Shown here one piece after another: positions 1 through 7,578 of a stretch of 24,082 bases of DNA. This DNA is from a virus (Duplodnaviria > Heunggongvirae > Uroviricota > Caudoviricetes): the IMG/VR virus record IMGVR_UViG_3300028840_000472; one strand, 5' to 3'. A program made the translations under genes and the position numbers. How positions within the stretch are numbered: the stretch's first letter is position 1; every line of letters starts with the position of its first letter. The notes beneath the pieces were generated by a model. The model saw nothing but the letters and a program-made list of their open reading frames with translations. It did no database searches and had not been told where the DNA came from.

Positions 1-174
1 GTCGACCCAGTAGTCCAGCGTGCGCGTCGCTTCGATCAGTGCAGTTTCCTGCAGTGACGATGCCGCCGCCGTCCAGACGTCTGAATTCAATCGCTCGCTA
101 AAATAAACGCTTGCCTCCGCAAGTGTCACGTAACTGTTTGCATTCTCCCCTGCGACAGTTGTGTCTAGTGGCAT
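1..174 (-). CDS. Phage head-tail connector/adaptor, DnaT-like family (5' part only; runs off the window)
   Basis: Not in the ORF track. Hand translation from ATG at 174: MPLDTTVAGENANSYVTLAEASVYFSERLNSDVWTAAASSLQETALIEATRTLDYWVD. The ANSYVTLAEA..YF...W...AL..ATR.LD pattern is typical of this family. The ATG directly follows the upstream TAA (TAAATG). Confidence 0.75.
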   Translation of the reverse strand, partial: MPLDTTVAGENANSYVTLAEASVYFSERLNSDVWTAAASSLQETALIEATRTLDYWVD

Positions 175-903
175 TTAGATCACCTTGTCGCGGACCTCGC
201 TGTAGTGGTCGCGTTTCGTTGCGTTGAGACAATGGCGAAGGTAGTCGTATTCTTCCCACCATATATCGCCGTATGAACAGTCCCGATAATCTTCGAAGTA
301 GGGACCGCCTTCCGTGTAGTGAAAGTTGTAGATCGTCGACGGATCACGGTTCGGATAATAGTCGACAAGGAAGTTCCATTCCAGCGGAAGATCGCCGATC
401 TTCCAGTCGCCTTCCAGCCACTTGAACTGGTGCAGGTCAAGACCGTGCGCCGTGTTCACGTACTCAGGCGTCAGCGCTTTGCACTGGTCGCAGTTGAACA
501 ACATGACCGACGACCAGTTCTTCTTCGGGTAGCGCGTCTGCGTCGTGCCCAGATACTTCTTTTCCGCCTTCGGCTGGTGATCGTGTTTAACGACCTGCAC
601 GGCGTAGTCGTCGACGCCCAGCGCGAACAGGTTCGCAATATCATCGCGCACAAGCATGTCGCAATCCATGAACAGCGCCTGACCTTCGTAGCCAGCCATC
701 CACGGAACAAGCCAGCGGGAAAACGCGAAGTCGTTAGACTGCAGCGGATCCCGTTCACGCGTTAGCGTGTGCGACAAATGTCGCAGCGCGACCGGTGTGA
801 TTGATACCGGTACAGAAGCGCGACGCATAATGCTGGAACACAGCACATGGTAGGCGACTTCTTCTGCGTGATCGTACCCGATGAAAATGTTTAACGGCTT
901 CAT
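175..903 (-). CDS. Glycosyltransferase, GT-A fold, GT8-like (242 aa)
   Basis: IFIGYD N-terminal strand, FAFSRWLVP, DxD motif (FMDCDML), KNWSSVMLFN, LHQFKWL, HYTEGGP. RBS GGGGGAG upstream. Confidence 0.8.
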   Translation of the reverse strand: MKPLNIFIGYDHAEEVAYHVLCSSIMRRASVPVSITPVALRHLSHTLTRERDPLQSNDFAFSRWLVPWMAGYEGQALFMDCDMLVRDDIANLFALGVDDYAVQVVKHDHQPKAEKKYLGTTQTRYPKKNWSSVMLFNCDQCKALTPEYVNTAHGLDLHQFKWLEGDWKIGDLPLEWNFLVDYYPNRDPSTIYNFHYTEGGPYFEDYRDCSYGDIWWEEYDYLRHCLNATKRDHYSEVRDKVI

Positions 904-918
904 GTTCTCCCCCTGTGG

Positions 919-1476
919 TTACGCGATAACAGATGAACGAATTTCCCTGAAGCGCATAGTCAGCATCGTCAGTTCGTTCGCTATCTGTGATACTTCCATC
1001 GATTCACATATTGCCGGCATGTGATCCGGCTTTATATACGCCGGCATTTCAGCGCCGCCCATGTAGTTGACATGGTCGAAGGTAACGTGGACGCGATCAC
1101 CGGGACGAATGCCGTATATGGCCTTGTCGTCGACGTAGACTTCCAGATCGACGATACGATGCGACGCCTTCGTTTCTCTAACTGCCCTGTCCGCGCGCAG
1201 GTAGTCGTGTTCGTAAGTAACTTCCTGCGACACGTTTGCCGATCGCACCATCATTTCGCTTGTGCGGATGTGGTTCGGCGTGACGACGTCCATGTCGATC
1301 GCGGACGCGTATATATGCTGCACGTCTGCGAAGTCGCCCTTGAATGGTGATTCAGTCGGCGGCGGTAAGTCCTTGACGACTTCCGCTTCGATTGCTTTAG
1401 GCACAGCCACTACCGCAGCCCCTGCTGCTGTTGCCTTTCCGAATAGCTTCATGAAATCCCGCCGGGAAATCTTCAT
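919..1476 (-). CDS. Hypothetical protein with twin-arginine (Tat)-like signal peptide (185 aa)
   Basis: N-terminus MKISRRDFMKLFGKATAAGAAVVAVPKAIEA matches S-R-R-x-F-x-K, followed by a hydrophobic stretch and A-x-A. AGGAG RBS; ATGA overlap with the upstream stop. Confidence 0.65.
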   Translation of the reverse strand: MKISRRDFMKLFGKATAAGAAVVAVPKAIEAEVVKDLPPPTESPFKGDFADVQHIYASAIDMDVVTPNHIRTSEMMVRSANVSQEVTYEHDYLRADRAVRETKASHRIVDLEVYVDDKAIYGIRPGDRVHVTFDHVNYMGGAEMPAYIKPDHMPAICESMEVSQIANELTMLTMRFREIRSSVIA

Positions 1477-1847
1477 CGCCTTTGCTCCTGTTTGTCGTAA
1501 AGTCGCTGCAGTTCCAGATCCAGATCGCGCAGCTGTTTCTCTTCGCGGTTTGTAAGACCGCGCCGGTCCTGTTCATCTAGCAGACGCATCTGTCGCTGTT
1601 CAGCCTGCTCGATTCGCAGTTCTAAAAGGTAGTTGCTTGTCGCTTCCTGTGCCGCCATTAGATCCGCCTTCGTCACCGCCTTTTCCTCGAAGGCGTCCTT
1701 CGTTATTCCTGTGGTCGCTGTCAGGTAGCGATCTTCCAGCACGTACACGCCAGTGCCGATCGAACCGATCAGCGCTGTCGCAGCCGCTGCGATCGCAGAA
1801 ATCATCTTCGCACTCGCTGTCTTTCGGATCTGTTCAAGTGAAGCCAT
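1473..1847 (-). CDS. Small membrane-anchored coiled-coil protein (124 aa, or 110 aa if it starts at ATG 1805)
   Basis: Hydrophobic ISAIAAAATALIGSIGTGVYVL is followed by a heptad-like E/Q/R/L-rich C-terminus. The alternative start at 1805 gives an ATGA overlap with the upstream stop. Confidence 0.6.
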   Translation of the reverse strand: MASLEQIRKTASAKMISAIAAAATALIGSIGTGVYVLEDRYLTATTGITKDAFEEKAVTKADLMAAQEATSNYLLELRIEQAEQRQMRLLDEQDRRGLTNREEKQLRDLDLELQRLYDKQEQRR

Positions 1848-2656
1848 GGCAAGCCCTTTCGCATTTCTTCAAGGTTCCACTGTGTGAACGCAAGGTTATA
1901 CGCCCACTGTTGCACAGCATCGATCGACGGCATGAATGCAGTATTCAGATTTTTACTTGCGACGTCCCACGCCATTGACCCGACGTCTTCCGCGTAAATC
2001 GGTACGCCGGCCAGTACAGATTCTACCCCGGCGTTCGAATTGAATGTCGCGACGAACTTCGCATCTTCAAGATCTTCTGCAAGTGGACGCGTTGATGTCT
2101 TCGCGTGCAGCATGGTAGGCGTGCGGTCGATCGCCAGCGGATGCGGACGGAAAATAATCGGCGCGTCAGGATCTATCGCGCGCAGCTTGTTGATCGTGTT
2201 CGAACACCAGTCGATTATGTCGATATGCTGAACGCTGGCATCCGACGGAACCTGTCCGCAGACGATGATGTTCTTCCCGGTGCGCCGCCATTCCTTGACC
2301 TCGACGCCCAGCTGTTCCCAGCGCGACGACGGCATGAACACGTTGCGGAAATCCGCGCGACCGTTCAGACCGCCCCAGCCGGCAGCGTAGTATTCATCGC
2401 GCCGGACGTAGCCCTTTTCCAGAACGAGCACGGGCTTCTTACGCGCCGTATGGGCGTTGATGATCGCGCCCCTTGCGTAGCTTGCCGGAACGTTCTTTTT
2501 GCCGATACCGAAGACGACAGCCACGTCGCATTCGGCATACTGCGATATGTCGTACGCTAGGACATTAAGCCCCAGTTCTCGCAGCCCGTGATAGAACGCC
2601 CCCAGAACGCGACGGTGTTCTTGATTATCCGGGGGAACAAAGACGCCTATGTGCAT
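1802..2656 (-). CDS. GT-B fold glycosyltransferase, capsule polysaccharide biosynthesis (KpsS/KpsC-like) family (284 aa)
   Basis: VLEKGY, IIVCGQVPSDAS, FRPHP (HP motif), VATFNSNAGVESVLAGVPIY, WAYNLAFTQW. Confidence 0.7.
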   Translation of the reverse strand: MHIGVFVPPDNQEHRRVLGAFYHGLRELGLNVLAYDISQYAECDVAVVFGIGKKNVPASYARGAIINAHTARKKPVLVLEKGYVRRDEYYAAGWGGLNGRADFRNVFMPSSRWEQLGVEVKEWRRTGKNIIVCGQVPSDASVQHIDIIDWCSNTINKLRAIDPDAPIIFRPHPLAIDRTPTMLHAKTSTRPLAEDLEDAKFVATFNSNAGVESVLAGVPIYAEDVGSMAWDVASKNLNTAFMPSIDAVQQWAYNLAFTQWNLEEMRKGLPWLHLNRSERQRVRR

Positions 2657-2659
2657 AGG

Positions 2660-3295
2660 TCACACTTTCAGCTTCGCGCTAACGATGAACCCCATGCCAT
2701 CGTCCGCGTCTTCGTATACAATGCCGGGGATCTTGTCGTACTGCGTAGCCCACGCCAGCACTTCGTAGCCGTGGTCGTTCAGCAGCTGTTCAAACTCCTG
2801 CCGGGTATAGTGACGAAAATGGAAAGGATGCGAAGCCTTGTTGAAGGGTACGATCTGTTCGTTCGGTACAGACGCGACCAGATACGGTGCGGTTTCCGCG
2901 TAGCGGTGAATCAGTGCAGACGCATGTTCGACATGCTCAATCGTTTCTATCGAAACTATGACGTCTGCCGTTATATCGGCAACCGCGTTTGTCCACTGCT
3001 CAGGATTGCCAAGATCCACTGCTGCGAATGAATTGTTAGAAATGCCGTAAGCACGACGCGCAACCTCGACTGCTTTCGGTTCAATGTCGAAGCCGTGCGC
3101 GTGTCCGTTCTCGAACGCATCGGCAAGCATTAACGTCCCGTAGCCCACGCCGCACGCGCAGTCGATAATCACCGGGTCATCTTTTTCGATGTCCCGCTTG
3201 ATCATGTCGATCGCGAACTGGTATCTGTTCCTGTGGTTCGGCTTGATACCGTCGAGTGTTTCCGCGACCTGTCGTTCACCTGTTTGTGGCAGCAT
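2660..3295 (-). CDS. Class I SAM-dependent methyltransferase (211 aa)
   Basis: Motif I IIDCACGVGYGT, HGFDIE, DVIVSIETIEHV, VASVPNE. The N-terminal H..RYQFA pattern is common in methyltransferases of glycan clusters. Confidence 0.85.
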   Translation of the reverse strand: MLPQTGERQVAETLDGIKPNHRNRYQFAIDMIKRDIEKDDPVIIDCACGVGYGTLMLADAFENGHAHGFDIEPKAVEVARRAYGISNNSFAAVDLGNPEQWTNAVADITADVIVSIETIEHVEHASALIHRYAETAPYLVASVPNEQIVPFNKASHPFHFRHYTRQEFEQLLNDHGYEVLAWATQYDKIPGIVYEDADDGMGFIVSAKLKV

Positions 3296-4307
3296 GTTGC
3301 AGTCCCCCTGATTCGGAAATAAGCGCCACGTAGTCGATACCGTGACGATGTAGATCGTTGATCATCATGTCGTACACCAGATCGTTGAAAGTGATGTACG
3401 GTGCCCAGCCTAATTTATCGCGCGCCTTTGTCGCGTCACCGCGCAGCATCGGCACTTCTGCAGGGCGCATGTAGCGTTCGTCCTGCTTGATGTAGTCGAC
3501 CGCGTCAAGCCCCGCGACAGCGAACGCCAGATCGATGAACTGCTGCACGCTGTGCGTTTCACCTGTCGCGATAACAAAGTCGTCAGGTTCATCCTGTTCG
3601 AGCATCAGATTCATCGCGCGAACATAGTCAGCCGCGTGTCCCCAGTCGCGCAGCGCTTCCGTGTTGCCTAGTGTGATGAACTCGCGATCGCCGGCAACAA
3701 TCGCGGCGACGCCGTCGGTGATCTTGCGCGTCACGAATTCGATACCGCGTAGCGGGGATTCATGATTGAACAGGATCCCGCTACAGCAGTAGAGATCGTG
3801 CGCTTCGCGATAATTCTGGACGGCGTAATGCGCGGCGGCTTTTGCGACACCGTACGGACTGCGCGGATGGAACGGTGTCGATTCGTCCTGCCGTTCGGCG
3901 TTGACCAGTCCGAACATTTCCGACGTGCTCGCCTGATAGAAATGCGAGTCGGGGGAATGCTGGCGAATAGCTTCCAGCAAATTCAGAACGCCGATGTAGT
4001 TGATGTGCGCAGTCGCGATCGGCGAGTCGAAGGATTCCTTGACGAACGACTGCGCTGCAAGGTTGTAGATCTGGTCGAACTGGTTTTCGGCAACCGCCCG
4101 CGTAACAGATGCGGCACAGGTTACGTCCAGCGGCTGATACTCGAAGTTCGGATGATCAAGTGCGCCGACTTCCTGCAAGCGCCACATGTTCTTCCCGTCA
4201 TCGCTGCGTCGTGGCGAAGTGCCGACTACCTTGTAGCCACGCGACAGCAAGTGCGCCGACAGATAGGCTGCATCCTGTCCAGTACAGCCCGTTATCAATG
4301 CGCGCAT
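3276..4307 (-). CDS. gmd: GDP-mannose 4,6-dehydratase (343 aa)
   Basis: ALITGCTGQDAAYL Rossmann motif, YNLAAQSFV, FYQASTSEMFG, PRSPYGVAK (YxxxK), GILFNHESPLRG..FVTRKI, RDWGHAADYV, DDFVIATGETHSV, YMRPAEV..LRGDATKA. Confidence 0.96.
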   Translation of the reverse strand: MRALITGCTGQDAAYLSAHLLSRGYKVVGTSPRRSDDGKNMWRLQEVGALDHPNFEYQPLDVTCAASVTRAVAENQFDQIYNLAAQSFVKESFDSPIATAHINYIGVLNLLEAIRQHSPDSHFYQASTSEMFGLVNAERQDESTPFHPRSPYGVAKAAAHYAVQNYREAHDLYCCSGILFNHESPLRGIEFVTRKITDGVAAIVAGDREFITLGNTEALRDWGHAADYVRAMNLMLEQDEPDDFVIATGETHSVQQFIDLAFAVAGLDAVDYIKQDERYMRPAEVPMLRGDATKARDKLGWAPYITFNDLVYDMMINDLHRHGIDYVALISESGGLQHAATNR

Positions 4308-4315
4308 GTTTCCCC

Positions 4316-5077
4316 CTATGCAGTTTTCTGCGTCAGTTCATGTTCGTGCGATTTGCCGTTTTCCTTGCGCTGCGGTCCCTTCATGTGATCCATGAATTTA
4401 CCCAGCACGGAATCGTTGAACGGATGGTTCGACTTTTCGTCCGTGGTTAAATTCACGCGCGACACATTGAACAGCTTGATCAGGTAGTCGAGAACGTAGC
4501 AGTCGTGCCACTCGCCCAGCAGCTTGAACGACCCGTTAAAGTATGTCGCCATGAACAGTTCCATGAACGTCTTGTTCACGGAATGCTTCGTGTTGAACGC
4601 GACGAAACCGGTTTCGCTGTACAGCCATTCGCGTTGCAGATGCGCGATGTATGTACTGTCCTGCACAAGTGTGCGCAGGAAGTTCTGCGGCATCGTGTTA
4701 TGGAAGTACACGTCGGCATCGACCCACGCGACACGATCGTCGGCAGTCTCTTCGGTGCACGCGTGAAACATGCAGAACACCTTCCGGTAGAATCGATTCA
4801 CATCGAAGCGGAAGTTGTACGCGTTCTTCCCATCCGGCATTCGAATGATGCCGCTGAACATGGGATCGCTTTCCTTGACGACGTTTTCGAACTCGACGAA
4901 ATCAGGGAAGTCGTACAGGTTCACGTACTCGACGCGTTCATCACGCGGCGCACTGGTCGGTATGCCGCGCTCGTAATAGACGCGCAGCTTTTCATCGGTC
5001 CAGTGTTCTAGGAACGTTTCGATAAAACGCTTCCCGTAGTCGTGATACCCCTTCTGGCTGAACGACGTTATGATCAT
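4316..5077 (-). CDS. Putative nucleotide-sugar transferase, GT-A fold (253 aa)
   Basis: IITSFSQKGY..YGKRFIETF, RFYRKVFCM, DxD motif (AWVDADV), YSETGFVAFN, EWHDCYVLD, MDHMKG.RK. Confidence 0.7.
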   Translation of the reverse strand: MIITSFSQKGYHDYGKRFIETFLEHWTDEKLRVYYERGIPTSAPRDERVEYVNLYDFPDFVEFENVVKESDPMFSGIIRMPDGKNAYNFRFDVNRFYRKVFCMFHACTEETADDRVAWVDADVYFHNTMPQNFLRTLVQDSTYIAHLQREWLYSETGFVAFNTKHSVNKTFMELFMATYFNGSFKLLGEWHDCYVLDYLIKLFNVSRVNLTTDEKSNHPFNDSVLGKFMDHMKGPQRKENGKSHEHELTQKTA

Positions 5078-5082
5078 CGGAT

Positions 5083-5418
5083 TCAGTCGTCTGACCGCAG
5101 GACACCGCCTTCGGTGCTGAATGCGGGCGCGTCTTCGGCGTCGTCGGTGTCTTCGGCTTCGTCGTCATCGGCAGCTTCCACTTCCTGTTCGGCTTCCAGT
5201 TCGGCGGACAGTGCAGCAGCTTCGCGCTGACGTGCAGCTTCGGCTTCTGCTTCGACGTTGATCTGCGGCGCGGCTTCGTCGCCGTGTGTCTCACGACCGA
5301 CGCGTTCCCAGCCGTCGTACCGACCTTTGCCCAGATCGTGTGACCAGTCCTGTTCGTTGATGATGCGCGTCTTGCCGTTGCGCTTGTTGCGGATCGTTAC
5401 TGTCGCAAGTCGTGACAT
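5083..5418 (-). CDS. Hypothetical protein with acidic C-terminal tail (111 aa), first gene after the capsid terminator
   Basis: Clean ORF between the terminator and the GT gene. Basic N-terminus; C-terminus EAEQEVEAADDDEAEDTDDAEDA. Confidence 0.7.
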   Translation of the reverse strand: MSRLATVTIRNKRNGKTRIINEQDWSHDLGKGRYDGWERVGRETHGDEAAPQINVEAEAEAARQREAAALSAELEAEQEVEAADDDEAEDTDDAEDAPAFSTEGGVLRSDD

Positions 5419-5434
5419 GTTAAAAACCCTCTAT

Positions 5435-5469
5435 AAAAAAATGCGCCCCGGCTGTTACACCGGGACGCA
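5435..5469 (-). terminator. Rho-independent terminator after the major capsid gene
   Basis: Minus strand TGCGTCCCGG-TGTAACAG-CCGGGGCGCA-TTTTTTT: 10-bp stem with one G-U pair, 8-nt loop, 7 U. A second hairpin, GCACAC-N4-GTGTGC, lies at 5476-5491. Confidence 0.85.
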
Positions 5470-5505
5470 ATCAAAGCACACTACTGTGTGCAGGAGCAGA
5501 CCCGG

Positions 5506-6657
5506 TTAGCCAGCGAGTCGGGCGGCAAGCTGCGGACGTACCAGCTTCGCACCCCACAGCACGTCGAACTCCCAGACGACCTGCTTGTGCTGACGTGAGA
5601 CTTCCAGTCGCAGGGTGATGCCGGTCTGCGGGTCGGTCATCGACATGATCTGGTTGCCCAGTGCCATGTCCATGGTATTCGACACCAGCGGACGATTCGC
5701 AAAAGCGAAGGCATCGCGATGGAAGACAAGGTTCACAACATGATCACCGACGATGGTGATCGCCGCGCCGGAAGTAGCGCCAGTAGCCAGCGGCGGATCA
5801 ATGCTGACAGACTGCGCAGTACCGGACACGATCGCGGACACGGTCGCCTTCGCGACGTATGTCTGCGTGTCGCCGGCGATGGTGAAGATGTCGCCGATGT
5901 TGATGTTTCCCTGTGCAGATGCCGACTGGATGTCCAGTGTAGAAGCGCCTGCAGCAGTGGTAGATCCGACCAGCGCGCCCGGAACAGACAGGGTGCCGGC
6001 GGTGTGAGTGACGACAGCGTCATCGGCGAACCAGTCGATGCCGTACTTGCGACCGATCTCGCCTTCGATCTTCACGCCTGCGCTGCCGATCTTCTCCGCA
6101 TCGGAGAACGGCGACAGTGCCAGCGCCTGTGCTTCAGCGTCATAGTCCAGAACGCCACGACGTTCGGTACGCGGGGCACGCTGCTGGTGCAGTACCTTGC
6201 GGCTGTTGGTAGCGTCAGTGACGGTAGACGCAAACGGAGTCGTGCCGGCGGTGCCGGTGTAACCGTAGACGCCCTGATATTCGGCGTGAATATCTTCGTT
6301 GATGACGTTCGCAAGCGAGCGCACAGCTTCCGACATTTGCATCGGCATGAAGTGGGCGTTCTTGTCGATCTCCACCATTTCCTTGTCGGTCAGGTAGAAG
6401 CCAGCCTGCTTCCAGTTGTCCAGCGGGATCTGCACCTTCTGCGGCGTACTGTCAGCCGGGGTCGGCGGCGTGTTGGACGGAACGACGTCGGTCGCGGTAA
6501 CTTCGGACGGAATCGGCACGTCGATGGTGTCGCCCTTTTGGGCAGCTTCTGCGGAGTAATCGCCATTCACCAGTCGGGGCATGATAGCCTGTTCACGCAA
6601 GGCCAGCAGACCACGTGCAAGGATCTTGGCGAGAATGTTCTGAACGTTGTTAGCCAT
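5506..6657 (-). CDS. Major capsid protein, P22 coat protein gp5-like HK97 fold with beta-rich insertion domain (383 aa)
   Basis: LLALREQAIMPRLVNGDY..E..QKGDTIDVPIP, RSLANVINEDI, IGRKYGIDWF, NLVFHRDAFAFA, FDVLWGAKLVRPQLAARL. Follows the scaffold gene, has a strong GAGGA RBS and is followed by a terminator. Confidence 0.92.
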   Translation of the reverse strand: MANNVQNILAKILARGLLALREQAIMPRLVNGDYSAEAAQKGDTIDVPIPSEVTATDVVPSNTPPTPADSTPQKVQIPLDNWKQAGFYLTDKEMVEIDKNAHFMPMQMSEAVRSLANVINEDIHAEYQGVYGYTGTAGTTPFASTVTDATNSRKVLHQQRAPRTERRGVLDYDAEAQALALSPFSDAEKIGSAGVKIEGEIGRKYGIDWFADDAVVTHTAGTLSVPGALVGSTTAAGASTLDIQSASAQGNINIGDIFTIAGDTQTYVAKATVSAIVSGTAQSVSIDPPLATGATSGAAITIVGDHVVNLVFHRDAFAFANRPLVSNTMDMALGNQIMSMTDPQTGITLRLEVSRQHKQVVWEFDVLWGAKLVRPQLAARLAG

Positions 6658-6747
6658 GTCAGTAAATCCTCTATATCAAGTTAGTTGCAAGTGTGTTGTA
6701 ACTGTCTAACCCCGCCGGGGTCTGCTTGTCGTCACCGACGACGTGCT

Positions 6748-7563
6748 TTAATCACCGCCTACGGAAACCTTCCCGCTGGCGATGTCTTCGATACTGGCGT
6801 TCAGTGCATCCTGATCCCCGACATTGATGACTTTGCCACCGATGTCAGAAGACCCGCCCATACCGCCACCTGCCCCGCCGCCTTTCGACGGCTCGAACAG
6901 ATAAGGTGCTTCGTCCCGCATTGACTGTGCCCACTCTTCCATGGAAAGCGTACTTTTCCCGTCCTTGCCGTACATAACCTTTCCGTCACTACCAGTAGGC
7001 ACCGGTGTCCCGTCGTCATTGATGGACCACACCTGTCTTCCACGCGATAGAATGTCCTGCATCGCGCCCTGTCTCACAGCCGCCGTGCGACTTACTGCAG
7101 CCTGCAGTGAATTGTCGATCACGACTTCCGCAAGTCTTTCTTTGAAGATCTTGCTTTCGTTCTTCGTTGAATTCAGTGATTCGTTCAGCGCCTTGATCTG
7201 GCCTTCGTAGTCAGAACGCAGACGCTGCGTGCGCTGATCCAGCACTTCGTCCAGCTTGCCGGCGTCGATCAGCTTCTGTTCGTTGATTGCTTGTAACTTT
7301 TCCAAAGCGTCGCGCGCTTTTTGCGGATCCAGACCTTCGTACTGCTTCAGCATTTCCTGCAGCTGATCGGCTTCCTTCACCTTGCCGGTCTGTTCTGTCA
7401 GCTGCTTGTTCAGGTCGATGTTCGTGTTGCGGAACTCCTGAATGCGCGCCTTGTAGTCACCGTCGTCGGTGTCCAGTATGTATTCATCGCCGACCTGCGC
7501 GTACAGTTCCTGCAGATGTTCGGGGATTTCTTTCAGATCTTTTACGACTACCTTCAGTGCCAT
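6748..7563 (-). CDS. Capsid scaffolding protein (271 aa)
   Basis: Coiled-coil, E/K/Q-rich; C-terminal APYLFEPSKGGGAGGG pattern; lies immediately upstream of the MCP; GGAGG RBS. Confidence 0.85.
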   Translation of the reverse strand: MALKVVVKDLKEIPEHLQELYAQVGDEYILDTDDGDYKARIQEFRNTNIDLNKQLTEQTGKVKEADQLQEMLKQYEGLDPQKARDALEKLQAINEQKLIDAGKLDEVLDQRTQRLRSDYEGQIKALNESLNSTKNESKIFKERLAEVVIDNSLQAAVSRTAAVRQGAMQDILSRGRQVWSINDDGTPVPTGSDGKVMYGKDGKSTLSMEEWAQSMRDEAPYLFEPSKGGGAGGGMGGSSDIGGKVINVGDQDALNASIEDIASGKVSVGGD

Positions 7564-7578
7564 GTTAATAACCTCCGG

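Noticed and set aside
2660-3295. Methyltransferase as a DNA methyltransferase
   Set aside because: It lacks DPPY/NPPY or PC motifs. Its size and context fit a small-molecule or glycan methyltransferase.
175-5077. Glycan block as a host O-antigen/capsule locus or a gtrABC conversion cassette
   Set aside because: No wzx, wzy, wzm/wzt or bactoprenol-linked GT. The block is flanked on both sides by coupled virion genes.
5719-6684. 321-aa plus-strand ORF over the capsid gene, and the many other plus-strand ORFs in the track
   Set aside because: All are fully antisense to well-supported minus-strand genes, with no RBS or family motifs.
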